Below, piece after piece: positions 13,271 through 26,879 of a DNA stretch of 64,000 nucleotides. The translations under genes were made by a program, and so were the position numbers. Below the pieces are notes generated by a model, which saw only the letters and a list, made by a program, of their open reading frames with translations, did not search any database and was not told the origin of the DNA. The stretch is taken from positions 30,132,001 to 30,196,000 of the forward strand of contig NC_042998.1 in NCBI RefSeq assembly GCF_006345805.1, given 5' to 3'. The stretch comes from Octopus sinensis. Its lineage: Eukaryota. The number at the start of each line of letters is the position of its first letter. Position 1 is the first letter of the stretch.

Positions 13271-13526
13271 GTTGCGTGTTTATATTTTAGTGTGTATATA
13301 CATCTGGGATTTTATTTGTAAACATACATCACTTCCCAAAGTTTATATAGGCTGACGTGTTACAGATTTATGAAGTTAAGCCTATATTAAGAACTGTATT
13401 CCACCATAATATTCTCTGTAGATATACACCAAGCGTGATTGCAGATGTGTGATAAATAAAATAACTTAATGTTTGTGTGGCATTGTCCCATCATTATTGT
13501 CTTTCTATTATAATAATCCTTTCGAG

Positions 13527-13715
13527 GGCGGCGAGCTGGGTGAGTCGTTAGCATGCTGGACGAAATGCTTAGCGGTATTTCACCAGTCACTATGTCCTGA
13601 GTTCAAATTTCACCGACGTCGAATTATATTTCATCCTTTCGAGGTCCATAAAATATTGGGGACGATGTAATAGACTCATCCCTACCTCCTCCAAGCTGTC
13701 CTTGTTTCAAAAATT
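13527..13715 (+). mobile_element. SINE type B, diverged
   Basis: GGCGGCGAGCTGG head, CTGAGTTCAAATT box. Confidence 0.8.
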
Positions 13716-15949
13716 GAAATAATAATAAAACCTTTTCTAATAAAGGCACAAGAGCTGACGAGTTCGGAAGGGGACTAGTCGCTTACATAATAGTCAATTT
13801 GTATTGTTATAATAATGCCTGAGATTCAATGTTGCTCACAAGAGACTTGAAGCCGCTGGTTTTACATCCACATCTGACGATAATGAGAAAGTAGCGAGAA
13901 AACACCGAGAGACGCCAATGCCAGACAATTAAATCGACCCAGTAGTTTCCTTTGTTTTATCAAACACAAAGAATGAGAAGGAACTTATATCGGATCTTTT
14001 CATCAATATGCATGAAACAAACAAAAAAAAAAAAAACTATAACCCACAGAACAATATCGTCGCATCGTGTACGTCACTATATCGATGTCACGCAGGAAGC
14101 CTAAAGCAAATTATATGATTAATGTCACAATGTATACCTGATAATTAAATACATTTTAAACCAAACTTTATATTATAATTAAAATGTTTCTTCCTCAAGG
14201 TGTATATGTCTTTGACCCCAAGAACTCTTCCGCTATGCCAAGATTGAAACAGGAATTCCGTTACAAGAATATCAAAGGCAAAATATGAAATCGAATTCAA
14301 ATTCGTGTCAGAATTTACTTGTTCAATATTGTCACAACCGAAAGCTGAATATTTATTTGCAAATATCTTTTTTAGTTCGTGTCGTCGCTGGTTTTGTTTA
14401 ATCAACTGAATTTTAAATGATTTTATTTTTATGTTTTTATCTATAATTGCCTGGAAACCAATATTTTACCTTTCCTATGATTTTGTTACTGAAGTATAAA
14501 TGATGATAGATGCGTTTAAAAGAGAACAGAAAGAAAACGAAAACAATTTTCTCGAAAAAGCTTTAAATAATTCACTTATTTGCGAGGCAAAAATTTCTTT
14601 CCGACTGTTTACTAAAAATGTAGAATAACATTCCGAACCATTGAAGGAAAACAAATTTAGACGATTAACCAGAAAGAAACAAATATTTTGTAGGCCTCTT
14701 AAGCACAAGTTGATAAATATATTTCATTGTTTAGTTGAGAAATAGGTGTCCCCCCACACACACACTTTTCGTTTATGTGTGCATGTGCCTGTCTTCACTT
14801 AATATATGTGAATAAATGTGCTGTGAGGGTTTTACATGTATATGCAGTGGAGCGGCACTGTGAAGGCGTTCGAAAAATACTGTACTTACTTCTGGAATTG
14901 CAACTTTTATATAAGGACATGAAATAATATTCATATCTCAATGGTATTTAATTGTATTATTGCATTTTTCTATTTATCGTTGTATATGATTGATATTATC
15001 CTATTAAAGCGACAGGTATGATAACCATACAAACATATGTACATATATATGTCAGCATGTACTGTGTGTGCTTGGGCCTGTGCCTGTCTGAGAATCAAGA
15101 AGACCGCATATTGTTATCGATGTATAAATAATTCGTTATTCATTCGATAATTTACTATTAAAGTATCTAAAGCAATACAACTCCAACTAAATAAATATTC
15201 TATGTTGATAAGAAGAACGATGCAGGATTAAAATTACTTCAAATATTCTGTAAATTGAAAATAAATCATTGAATAGGTTGTGGGTTTTTCCTGCTCTCAT
15301 CGGTGGGGCTTACCCTTCAAATATTTGCTGAACATGGATGAAAGGTAAATAAATGTACAAGATTGTACATTTTTAATGTTGCTTTTGAGAATTCTTTTGA
15401 AAGAGAATATTTCAGTAATTAAGTTACTAATCGCGTGAATAATATTACATTTCGATGGATGTTCAATTGAAATACTTATTAAGTACTATTTAACAAATTG
15501 TTTTCCGATTGCATTCTGTCAATATGTTTATCATCTATCAAAGAAGTGTATCAACTAATGAAATTTTATAATATAATGTTTTTCTACATCTCAAGAGTAA
15601 AAGAATTGACATTCAACCCCGATATTGTGTTGTAAATTAAATGATCGACAAAATGCCTCGTTTTTACGAATCTTTTCTGTCACAGATAACGTTTCAAGAA
15701 AGCATTCTCCTTATAGATACGAACGAATAAATGACGAGCTAAGAATAAATGTCTACTTTCAAATCTAGTTTCAAATTTCGAGTTTCAGATCTCCTCCTTT
15801 AGCTCTTTGACCAATACTTAGTGGTGAGACTAAGCCGTGTGATATGCGTGTTGCACTATATATGAACTACGGAGTGTTTCTATTCAAAATCGTAAACTTA
15901 AGTATAGTGTTGTAACGCAAAATATTAAGATAATACAATATTCTTTCTT

Positions 15950-16325
15950 CTCTAGGCACAAGGCCTGAAATTTTGGGTGATGGGGCCAGTCGTTTATGTC
16001 TATCCTAGTACGCAACTGGTATTTAATTTATCGACCCCGAAAGGATGAATGACAAAGTCGACCTCGGCGGAATTTGAACTCAGAACGTAGCGGCAGACGA
16101 AATACTACCGACAAGGGGCGAAACACAGAGAGGACAAACAAGGAAAGACAAACGGATTAAGTCGATTATATCGACCCAGTGCGTAACTGATAATTATTTA
16201 ATCGACCCCTGAAAGGATGAAAGGCAAAGTTGACCTCGGCGGAATTTGAACTCAGAACGTAGCGGCAGACGAAATACTGCTAAGCATTTCGCCTGGCGTG
16301 CTAACGTTTCTGCCAGCTCGCTGGC
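15950..16325 (-). mobile_element. SINE type B, head plus tandem second body
   Basis: Two copies of GGATGAA...GGCGGAATTTGAACTCAGAACGTAGCGGCAGACGAAATAC. Confidence 0.9.
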
Positions 16326-17308
16326 TTTAAGATAACACAATGTACGAATAGTTTATTATAACCCATCTTTCAAGAAATCGATAAACCAATTTAAAATAAA
16401 TAACAAGAATTGAGAAATTAAGGTGGAAAAGAAATTAGGTTCCTGTACTTTGGCATAGTTTTAATGTTTGTTCGCAAACATTTCGTGAGAAAAACTCGAT
16501 ACATATGTCAATTAGTGACATATTGTGACTTGGTATTTCTTTTAAGGAGAACGTAAAAATAGAAATATATGACGTGTCATACACCGATGTATCTTTTCAC
16601 AGTAACAAATAATAGCTGCTAACAACTAAACAGAATTTACATCTTGACCGCACGCTTGATATTGTAGGTCAACACTGAATTCAGTTAGATTCTAAGTAAA
16701 ATTAACGGTCCATTATATTGCACGAATTTCAAAGAAGTCTAAAGAAATAAATTTGTAAATTACGTGTAAATACATAGAGAATTCTAAAACTACAATTATC
16801 TATATAATTAGTTTGATGGCGGGAATGAAAGAAAGCTATACAAAATATATATTGGCTTCGAGTTTTTGTGCAGAAAACCAGAAATTGTGAGGGAGGGTAA
16901 AAGTCGATTCCTCCGACCCCAGTACTCAACTGCTACGCAAATATCGGCCCCAAACGGTTGAAAGATTAAGTGAACCAAAAAAGGATTTGAAGATTGTTTG
17001 TGTGTGTTAATATACATATATATGTGTATGTGTTTGTGTGTCTGTCTGTGTGTGTGTACGTGTATTGCTAATTGAATTCATACTGATAGCAATATAATCT
17101 TTCCGCTTAAGGGATTTGTTCGCGTTCCCAAGAATTAGCCTGGTTCCACTGAATGTGACGCACGTAAATTTCATATGGAAGGTATGAAATTCATTGGAAC
17201 AATTATCATTGTGGTCTCAGAAGTTCGTTTCGCTTTGCAGATACATGATTCCAGCTTCGATCACTTTTCACTTAACATTGGATAAGTCGCTTCTAACACA
17301 AGAATGTA

Positions 17309-17541
17309 TACTCTCACTCTTACTTGTTTCAGTCATTTGACTGTGGCCATGCTGGGGCACCACCTTTAGTCGAGCAAATCGACCCTAGAACTTATTCTTT
17401 GTAAGCCCAGTACTTATTCTATCGGTCTCTTTTGCTGAACCGCTAAGTGACGGGGACGTAAACACACCAGCATCGGTTGTCAGCAATGCTAGGGGGACAA
17501 ACACAGACACACAAACAACACACACACAACATAATATATAA

Positions 17542-17583
<42 letters not shown>

Positions 17584-17750
17584 TACGACGGGCTTCTTTC
17601 AGTTTCCGTCTACCAAATCCACTCACAAGGATTGGTCGGCCCGGGGCTATAGCAGAAGACACTTGCCCAAGATGCCACGCAGTGGGAACTGAACCCGGAA
17701 CCATGTGGTTGGTTAGCAAACTACTTACCACACAGTCACTCCGGCGCCTA
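17309..17750 (-). mobile_element. SINE type A, full length
   Basis: Reverse complement of the 640-1040 consensus. Confidence 0.9.
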
Positions 17751-17839
17751 CAATATAATAAACTATCACTCAGTTTATGAAAATTTGGTAGAGAGCAACC
17801 GTTGATCATCCCTATATATATATATATATAAATCTATAT

Positions 17840-17899
<60 letters not shown>

Positions 17900-18289
17900 G
17901 AAGAAGAAGAAGAGAAGAAGAAGAAGAAATTGGAGTGGTGAAGTAAATAAGAGTTTATTATCAACAAATCGAACATCATACCTTACAGCTGTTTCATTTA
18001 TAGTCACTGAAATAATTAATCTCATATTACTTAGCAAAATTTACCAATAGATGCTTTATATGTTTGTTTATGGATACATTAAAGCAGACTGAATAGTACG
18101 ATTTACGATTTATATTTTTATGTGTACAGGCGAGGTGTTAACAGGTTGGCTGGATGAGAGATAGAGTTGGTAAATAGAATTATTAATAAGGTAAGACGTA
18201 AAGCACATTTATAAGCTGTAATTAAGGTTGAGAAATGTGTATGCAAGGCACAAACGTGTATATACAGGAACGCATAAATTCATCTCTAT

Positions 18290-18501
18290 ATCCATATATA
18301 TATATATATGTATGTATATATATACATACATATATATATATATATGTATGTATATATACATACATATATATATATGTATATGTATATATATATTCATATA
18401 CATATATGTATATGTATATATGTATATATATATATATGTATATATATATTCATATACATATATGTATAGTATATATGTATGTATATATATATATATGTAT
18501 G

Positions 18502-18532
<31 letters not shown>

Positions 18533-18589
18533 GTACGTATGTATGTACGTATATATATATATATGCATATATATGTATGTATATATATG

Positions 18590-18648
<59 letters not shown>

Positions 18649-18880
18649 GTCTGTATGTATATATATGTATGTATGTGTATATATGTATGTATATATATGT
18701 ATATATATATATGCATACATATGTATATATATATATATATATATATATGCATACATATGTATGTATATATATATATATATATCTATATGTATATATGCAT
18801 ACATATGTATGTATGTATATATATATATATATATATGCATACATATGTATGTATGTATATATATATATATATATATATAC
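18290..18880. repeat. Compound (TA)n/(TATG)n microsatellite
   Basis: Seen directly; explains the 223-308 aa low-complexity ORFs. Confidence 0.95.
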
Positions 18881-19393
18881 ACAAGCACATACATATTGAA
18901 TATACAATTGTAGGTGGCTCTGTGTGTGTCTGTGTGTGTACGTGTGCATGTGTGTGCGTTTGCGTGTGTGTGTGTGTGTGTGTGTGTCTTGGCTGTAATT
19001 TATGCTCCACTGAACCACTGTTTCAACCAATCTGATAGAATGATCTCTGGGTAACTTAAAATCGTAATTAAAACGAACAGACACACAAAAACACGTCAGG
19101 CGTAAACACTTAAGCGCATACATACACGCACACACATATAGATATGTCTTGTTTATGAATAATATATATGTGTGTGTCTGCGTGCGTGTGTGTGTATGCG
19201 CCAGTATTTGTAGGTGTGTACGTGGTTGTTATATGTGTGTATGTAGGTTTTTAGATCAAAGCAAATGATATCATAAGTGACATTTATAAAACAATAGTCG
19301 CTGGAATAATGAAATCCTCTTACTACGGTCTTAATCTCTTTATATTAAGTTAAGGTGAGCAAATGTTTTCCGATTAACTTACATATATATATA

Positions 19394-19790
19394 CTAGCAG
19401 TATTGCCCGGCGTTGCTCGGGTTTGTAAGGGAAATAACTATATAAGCATTTTTAGAGAGTTATAGCCAAAAAATAGCAAAAGAATGCACTAAAAATGGAA
19501 AAAAATGATGGTAATTTTTTTTTTAAATCGTTGACTCATCGTAGACATTTTTAGAGAGTTACTTCCCTTATATAATAGCAAAAAAATGCATCAAAATGGA
19601 AAGAAATGATGGTAAATTATTTTTAAAATCGTAGACTCATCGTAGACGCGCGCTAATACCCAGAAGGGCTCGATATGAATCACGACTATGAGATACCCGG
19701 TTTTGGTTAAACTGCACCGCAAAATGTGGGAGTAGTTAGGAATCTAAATCGTAGGAGACAGACACACAACTTGACTTTTATATATAAAGA
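19394..19790 (-). mobile_element. Non-autonomous Helitron, same family as 8607-8995
   Basis: Minus strand: A|TC...CCCGAGCAACGCCGGG..CTAG|T. Confidence 0.85.
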
Positions 19791-19829
19791 TATATATATG
19801 TTTAATCTGAATCTTACCACAAACCAAAT

Positions 19830-20298
19830 AAAGATGCCGCATATAATCTGTCCACGGATAAAGACACTTTTCAAAAAAACTACCCCATTTTATAATGCTG
19901 TGTTAGAGAGGTCAGACTTCACGTTTATCATAAACTACATTGAATCAAATACAGACGGACCGAGAAGACGCACACAGAGAAAAATCGTATCTTTTAACCC
20001 ACCTTATAGCATTAATGTAGGCACTAACATAGCTGGGAAATTCTTGATTTTTAATCCCGACATTCACTCAGTTACCACAAAATCTTTAACAGAAACACTG
20101 TTACAGCTCGTTATAATTGCCTCCCCAATATAGGGTCAATATCACTCAATGAAAATAAGCACAATAAAAATACACACACCAGAAATACCTCTGAAAACTA
20201 TGTAGATCTCGAAATCACTCCTCTAAATAACAACTTTCCGGAAAAAGAACTTATATTACAGGGCCAAAATCATGGTTCCCAAAGGATTAACAACGTAA

Positions 20299-20300
<2 letters not shown>
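19830..20300 (+). mobile_element. Penelope-like retroelement ORF fragment, frameshifted
   Basis: RKIVSFNPPYSINVGTNIAGKFL...KIFNRNTV matches the remembered PLE motif RKIIWFNPPYSxNVxTNIGxxFL...IFNRNTVK. Confidence 0.8.
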
Positions 20301-20344
<44 letters not shown>

Positions 20345-20379
20345 GATCCAAAATGCAGTTAAGCCTATGTAAGTGCTAC

Positions 20380-21800
20380 GGAAGGACTGCTGTTAGACTC
20401 CCGGTGTCGTGTATGACCATGTATATACTAAATAAAATGTGACAACAAAGCCAAGGCATTGTGGAATTACTACGCCATCCAAGTGGAAGCTGTCTGACAC
20501 AGCTCCTGCAACACTAGGACTGGGTGTTAAAACAGCGGCTGAATGACTCAAGCGTGGATGTGATATATCTCAATTTTGCAAAAGCCCTTGACAAAGTTGA
20601 CCATGGTATGATGTGTCAGAATCTACGCATATGTGGAAAACTCGGTATATGCGGAAAATTTGGAGAATGGCTGCTCAACTTTCTAAAGGATAGACGTCCA
20701 GGCAGTAGTAGGGGCTACCTGCAAGGAAACGCAAATAGCAAGTGGTATTCCATAGGGCACTGTCTCGGGGCCACTGCTGTTCATAGTGACCCTCACAAAC
20801 ATACCCTCGGCTGCTCAGATAGCTACCCTTGCTAGCTATGCAGATGACACAAAAGTCTGTCAGACAATACAAAATCCTGGAATTATTGCATATGTGCAAC
20901 GGCAATTGGAAGCAATATACAAGTGGGGTGAGGACAAAAACATGCAGTTTAAAGCAGGAACATTCCAGGCCCTACGCTAAAAACACATAAAGCTAAACGA
21001 CATGCAGACAGGATACACTGGCCCAGGCGGAATTGAAATTCCTCAATCAAAATCAGTGCGTGACCTGGGCATTGACATAAACAATGATGCCTCTTTCCAA
21101 GTGCATATTACTAATTTGGTAATAAAATACAGACGGCTAGCTGGGTGTATCCTCCGAACATTCAGAACAGGAGAAACGACAAAAAGAGACATTGATGATC
21201 CTTTGGCGGACATACGTTCTCAGCCGCTTAGACTATTGCTCCCAACTATGGTCACCACGCAATAAAAAGTCCACGACAGAACTCGAAGAAATCGAACGTA
21301 GCTACAGTAAGAAACTCGTCTCGATGCAACATGTCAGCAACTGGGAGAGACTGAAAAAATTAAAACTCTTCTCCCTGGAACGAAGGCGAGAGAGGTATAC
21401 AGTGATATACATCTTGAAAATCCTAGAAGTCCTTGTACCTAACTTTGGCATTGAAAGTTATTCAAACTGCAGAACGGGATGCCATTGCACAGTGCCAAGG
21501 AATCCAACATCGCCATTAAAATACAGGACCAGATACTGCAACAGCTTGGGCTTCAAGAACCCATAACTTTTTAATATCCTCCCAAAATGCCCGAGAGACC
21601 TGCATGGTGCAGATGTGTCTATAAAACAAAACTGGATCTCTTCCTATTACGGGTTCCAGACGAGCCTACCTCACAGCAGGAAACACGGATGAGGGCAGCA
21701 GCATCAAGCTCCCTCATTGACCAAATGCCACATATTAGAGAAGTTTCCAAATTATGTTGTAGCTCAGTCAATGGTGGTGCTCTAGCATAACCGCAGCTTT
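20380..21800 (+). mobile_element. CR1/L2-superclade LINE, 5'-truncated, broken RT and C-terminus
   Basis: VDVIYLNFAKALDKVDHG, YADDTK, VRDLGI, LDYCSQLWSP, FSLERRRERY motifs across frameshifts. Confidence 0.92.
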
Positions 21801-21846
21801 GCAGCTGAAACATTTTTAAATATTTAAAACAGATATATATATATAT

Positions 21847-21903
<57 letters not shown>

Positions 21904-21934
21904 ACCTCGTGAGCACCGCCAGCAATTTTTTTTC

Positions 21935-22085
21935 CTCTGTCTTTCCTTCTCCTTTGTTTCCGACGAAGAGCTCCACTCGAAACGTTAAACCCTCCTTCCC
22001 TTCTTTCCTGAGCGTCCAGTAATACTTTATTTGTTCCACGTCCTCGCGTTGCTGTGTTGTTTTTGTGTTTTCTTGTTTGGATTAA
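21935..22085 (+). mobile_element. Short Penelope-like terminal repeat with variant hammerhead (21957-21990)
   Basis: TTT-CCGACGAA-GAG ctcca CTC-GAAA-CGTT-AAA; ends in (TA)n. Confidence 0.55.
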
Positions 22086-22164
22086 CTTTATATATATATA
22101 TATATATATGTATATTCATATATTTTTGTATATATATATGTTTGATAGATCGTTAGCCTTCTTT

Positions 22165-22300
22165 TTTCTGTGTCCCTTTCTGTAGAAGAGCGTAGGCTCG
22201 AAACGTAAACTTTTTCAATTCTTGAGCGTTATACTATTACATCGGTTTGTTTTGTACACCACCTGTCTTCGTCTTTTGTTTTGTTTGTAAACCCTCCATA
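22165..22300 (+). mobile_element. Short Penelope-like terminal repeat with variant hammerhead (22177-22210)
   Basis: TTT-CTGTAGAA-GAGC gtag GCTC-GAAA-CGTA-AA; inverted relative at 26880-27030. Confidence 0.6.
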
Positions 22301-23164
22301 TATATATATATATATATGTATGTTTGTGTACATTTACCTGCGTTTGTATACAAACGCGTAATATTTCACATCTTATATAATTATTACGTTTCTCGTCGTT
22401 TTACTTCACCTCTTGCAATACGGAGCATTTCCAATCCTAGAAGTCTGAGTTCATTTACACTGAATTTTAGTCACTTTATAGTACATCGTTCCACCTCTGT
22501 CTTGCACTTAAAATAGAGAAAAAAATCGATACTATGTAGCTATAGTGTACTCTGCTGTTTCTGGCTTTTTTAACATTAATTTTTTATTGGACAGATTTTA
22601 TTAATAGTATTCCAACCCATAAAACATCCGCAACAAGCGGGAACGTGTGTTTTTTCGATCTTTAACGAGACACCTCTGCGCCCATGATGAATTATTCAAC
22701 ATATTATGAGTATTATTATTATTATTGATGATTCTTTTTATAAGTCTTTTTTATTGTTACTGTCTTGAAAGATTATGAAAAAATGTTTGTATTTATTTAT
22801 AACATATTGTCTTTTGATTTCAAATCACTCAGAGTTCACTGCCTTTTGTCCTTTCGCGTTCATAATACAAATTACAAGGCATTTATTTGAGAATTGATAT
22901 TATGCACAGTTTCTTCAGCTGAAGTTTTCTGGTCTTGTGCTTAAGTAAGGAGCAATTATTCGTTTCTTTCTCAGCTCAATTTGATGGACAAAATGAGTAG
23001 AAAACCATACAAAATGTGTTTGTTTCTTTACAATCTACGGTTCGATTCCAATATAGTTAACTACCATTCCTGCTCCTATGAAAAGATAATATATCTATCT
23101 ACAAATTTCTGAATCAATATAAGCATTTGTAACCTTACTTCATATATTTGTACGATATCATTCA

Positions 23165-23345
23165 TATGCCCGTGGGCATATGGCATAATGGTTAAGCGCA
23201 CGGGCTACAAACCCCAAGATTCCGAGTTCGATACCAGGCAGTAACCTGAATAATATTAATGACAGCGAAAAATGCCTTAGGATTGAGAACCCAAATTCGA
23301 AATTTCCCCCAATATACCTGATGAAGTCTGGAGGTTACACTGGCG
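23165..23345 (+). mobile_element. tRNA-headed SINE type E, 3' truncated
   Basis: TGGCATAATGGTTAAG...GAGTTCGATACC boxes; ends in a partial CTGATGAAG motif; head fragment also at 51425-51478 (-). Confidence 0.6.
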
Positions 23346-23677
23346 TGCTCACTACCATCAGCCTATGCTATCAGATATCAAATACTTTCCTGATTTTGCT
23401 GGCCGTGCCAAGGAGGCAAAACTTTTGTAACAGTTCTACCGGGCTCTCTATTCCATTTTCCTTTACAACTCCCTTGATACCTTCTGATACTGTCCTCAAA
23501 AACAACCCATCAATAATTGGCACTGTCTTCCTTTTCTTCATTTTCCATAGCCGGACTATTTTTGTACTTGAGAGGGTTGTATCTATCCAACTTTTCACCT
23601 TCCTTAATGGCTATTCGTAGGTCAAAGGGACATACAAGGTCAACTATATAGCATATGTAGTACTCCTTAGCCACCGC

Positions 23678-23700
<23 letters not shown>
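23345..23700 (-). mobile_element. R4/Dong-clade LINE 3' remnant (RLE domain)
   Basis: IVRLWKMKKRKTVPIIDG...VELLQKFCLLGTASKIRKVFDI; (AAT)n at its sense 5' junction. Confidence 0.75.
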
Positions 23701-23711
<11 letters not shown>

Positions 23712-24083
23712 TCTGTTGTTATTGTTGTTGTTGTTACGGTTGTTGCTATTATTATTACTAATGTTTATCTAATCGTATGTTCAGCTATCTTATGAAGTAG
23801 ATATGAATGATTTCATACCACTGATATATATCATATTGCAGTAATAATAAGCAAGAATACCCTGGCAGTAGAGTTTAACGTGGGATATATATTTATGAAG
23901 ATATAGCTATTTGTAAATATAGCTGACGAGAGCACAAACCTGGTGGACTATAAGATTGGGAACCGAATGCGAAATTTAATTTTGAATTACGTTAAAAGTT
24001 GATAAACCACGAGCGCAGATACTATAAATCATGTCTATACACACACACACACTCTATCTTTGACACTTTATCTCCATTTCTCT

Positions 24084-24120
<37 letters not shown>

Positions 24121-24394
24121 TTCCCATGGCTCTTAATTGTTTGCACACGAATCATTAATCATGCATTACGCGCGCGTGCACATTAAAAATATGCATACGC
24201 ACGTGTGCACCGGAACGTGCCTTCCAGCTTAGAAGCACACATGCAAATAATAAGAATAGTACTTGTTGAAATATTATTCTCCAGTTGTGACTAAAGTTAT
24301 TTCAAATCTGCTGTGCCAATGTTATAAGGTCAGGGGAAAAAAAACATGCAGACTTAGGTGTTCAAGAGAGCACGTGAGCACGAGAACACGTGAA

Positions 24395-24550
24395 TGAGCA
24401 CAAGCAAATCGGTGGTATTGAGCAGAATATTTGCTGCAGCCCATCTTTTATACCAAGGCAAAACAATGTACATGATAACACTTCCAATCAGTTAAGATCA
24501 GAAGCCATGAGAGCCACTGCCTGGTACTGCATCAGGGCATTTATTATTAA

Positions 24551-24587
<37 letters not shown>

Positions 24588-25075
24588 GAGTGAGAGAGTA
24601 GTGCATGCCATCAAAGTGACACAGGGGTAAAGTATACGAATCCCAGTATACCCATCATGACTACCGGTCTGATAAAGGTACACCAGGCACATGCATCACA
24701 ACCATATGTGCGCGACATGGTGATCTCATATTAAGATAAACAGCGCATGACCTAGCAGGTGGGGCCCAGTTAGAATTTTGTTCTGGTCGAGTAGCCGATG
24801 CCGCTCAAAAGGTCCTTGAATAAGGGTTGTTTAAGGATGTTGAACGAAACAGCCATGTTTCCAGTGGTGAATTATTAAAACCCCAAAGAATCCCTCTCAA
24901 CACATGGCTATGATGCTCTCCCACTACATCTGCTTGTGATCAGAGATGCACATATCGTCAGACAGATAGGGATATGGTCAACTCGTTAAGGGCAAACAAC
25001 TGACAAGCAAATCTGTGGGATTGAGCAGATTATTTGCTGTAGCCCATCCTTTATACCAAGACATTATTATTATCC
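24395..25075. mobile_element. Non-coding element inserted in (ATT)n, a partial plus a longer copy
   Basis: 24395-24460 is repeated at 24995-25065; both copies abut (ATT)n; no ORF. Confidence 0.65.
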
Positions 25076-25194
25076 GTTTATTTGTTAGAATTCTTTCGTT
25101 GCACATTCTGTGACCTCTTTAGCGAATTTCTGTTACAATCACAAACTGAAATAGACAGGGCAGGATGAGAGAGAAGAGATACAATATACAAAAT

Positions 25195-25236
25195 GTCGCT
25201 GATGAAGTCACAGAATGTGTGACGAAAAATTTTGAC
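25195..25236 (+). ncRNA. Minimal hammerhead-like motif
   Basis: CTGATGAA-GTCACA gaatg TGTGAC-GAAA-AATTTT-GAC; core and 6-bp stem II intact, stems I and III weak. Confidence 0.45.
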
Positions 25237-25329
25237 CAGTAAAGTGATAAAGACGTTGATAATAATAATAATAACAACAACAATCACAATAGTAATAATA
25301 GCAATAATAATAATAACAACAACAACAAT

Positions 25330-26470
25330 AATAACAAAGTGGGCGATTGCATCACTTCGGTCTGGAGCGGGAATTATAAAATCGCAAAAGACAGAGATGA
25401 AAAAAATGGATATCAAGACCAGAAGACTGTCGACAGTACACGGAGCCTTCCAAAGAGTGACACCATCAGGCTGTTCTTGTCTGAAGGAAGGGTGGGAGAG
25501 ATTTGATCAGTTGCCAGGACTGTATCGAAACAGAGGAAAACAGCCTAGGGTGGAGTCACTGTTGGGAAATACGAAGAAGGCCGGCGTCATCAACACTGAA
25601 AATTGTGTAACTAAAAATAAATTTAAACAAGAAATGAACAAAAAAGAACGAAAAGCATGGAAGGAAAAGAAAATGTACGGACTGTTTGCAGGAAATGTGA
25701 ATGCCAAGACAGATACAGAGGACTGGTGGCTAGGGATGAGATGGAGTGACCTGAAGATAGAGACAGGAGTACTCATATGCGTAGCTCAAGAACAAGCGTT
25801 AAGGACCAATTATATGAAGTGCAGAATTAACAACACTATTGGTAGCGACAAATGCAGAATGTGCGGTGAGAGGTGTAAAACGGTAGGGCACATCGTTAGC
25901 GAATGGCCGGAATTGGCACAACGCGAATAGAAAAGACGCCATGACAATATGGCAAGAAAGATCCATTGGGAGCTCTGTGGAAACCACGGCCTACAAAGAT
26001 CAAAGACGTGATATGAGCAAACTTCAGAATGAGTCACCGAAAATGAGAATTGCAAAATCCTGTGGGATGGAATGATCCAGTATGATCGCGCGACCAGACA
26101 TCGGAAACTGGACATTGTTGTGGTGAATAAAAAAGAAAGGACATGTATAATAATCGGCATGGCATGCCTCGGTGGTAATATTATCAATATGGAAGAAGAA
26201 GAAAAATAAACAACTATGACGATCTGAAGTGGGAAATACGAAGGTTGTGATCAATGAAGAGAGTAAACATGATACTAATTGTAATTGGTGCACTTGGAAG
26301 TATCAGCACTCAACTACCAGCATGGCTGAAAAAGGTTAGTGCAAGCGTGAAGGTAGAACACAAAAACATGTGCATTGCTTAGAACTGCAAGAATTCTTTG
26401 CCGGGTCCTTGAAGTATAACGAGTAAAGAAGTGCCACCTTAATCTTGGCTAAAGACATCTGACCCTTTCC
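25330..26470 (+). mobile_element. R4/Dong-clade LINE, 5'-truncated (RT end, CCHC-type finger, restriction-like endonuclease)
   Basis: VAQEQALRTN..KCRMCGERCKTVGHIVSE, RRHDN, ILWD, KLDIVVVNKKERTCIII, IVIGALG; preceded by (AAT/AAC)n. Confidence 0.9.
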
Positions 26471-26544
26471 AACATATCCAGCAGAATACGCTGTGAGTTT
26501 GCATATAGTGATGATGCTGCTGATGATGTTGCTATCAAATTTTG

Positions 26545-26705
26545 GCACAAGGCCAACAATTCCGGAGATGGGGGTAAGTCGATTACATCGATCCCTGTAC
26601 TCAATTGGTTCTTCTGTTATTAACCCCGAAAGGATGAAAAGCAAAGAAAATATCAGAAGAATTAGAACTCAGAACGCTAAGTATTTTGCTCGGTATTCTA
26701 GCGAT
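26545..26705 (-). mobile_element. SINE type B, degraded
   Basis: TAAGTCGATTACATCGA...CCCCGAAAGGATGAAA...GAACTCAGAACG. Confidence 0.65.
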
Positions 26706-26879
26706 TCTAATAATAATAAAGTGAAGATTAAATAAACAGTGCGTGTGTAATTGGTAACAGATGACCGTCGCCAGATATAACACTATTTCAACGTACGATT
26801 TAGCATTAAGAATCTTGTAAAAAAACAAATACATTTTCAAAAGACTAAATACATAAAAAAGCAAATACATAAATGCATA

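Noticed and set aside
3120-14288. Plus-strand exon-like segments with good splice signals (3120-3166, 12480-12547, 14200-14288)
   Set aside because: 12480-12547 has stops in all frames, phases do not join, and no recognisable protein results. A non-coding or UTR transcript cannot be excluded without RNA data.
23925-23990. CTGACGA...TGCGAAA hammerhead-like spacing (similar weak cases near 27155-27210 and 47820-47870)
   Set aside because: Stems I and III are absent or the core is decayed; at best old relics.
24480-24545. Possible HDV-like ribozyme at the minus-strand 5' end of the ATT-associated element
   Set aside because: Could not assign P1, P2 and P3 with the required nested pairing by hand.
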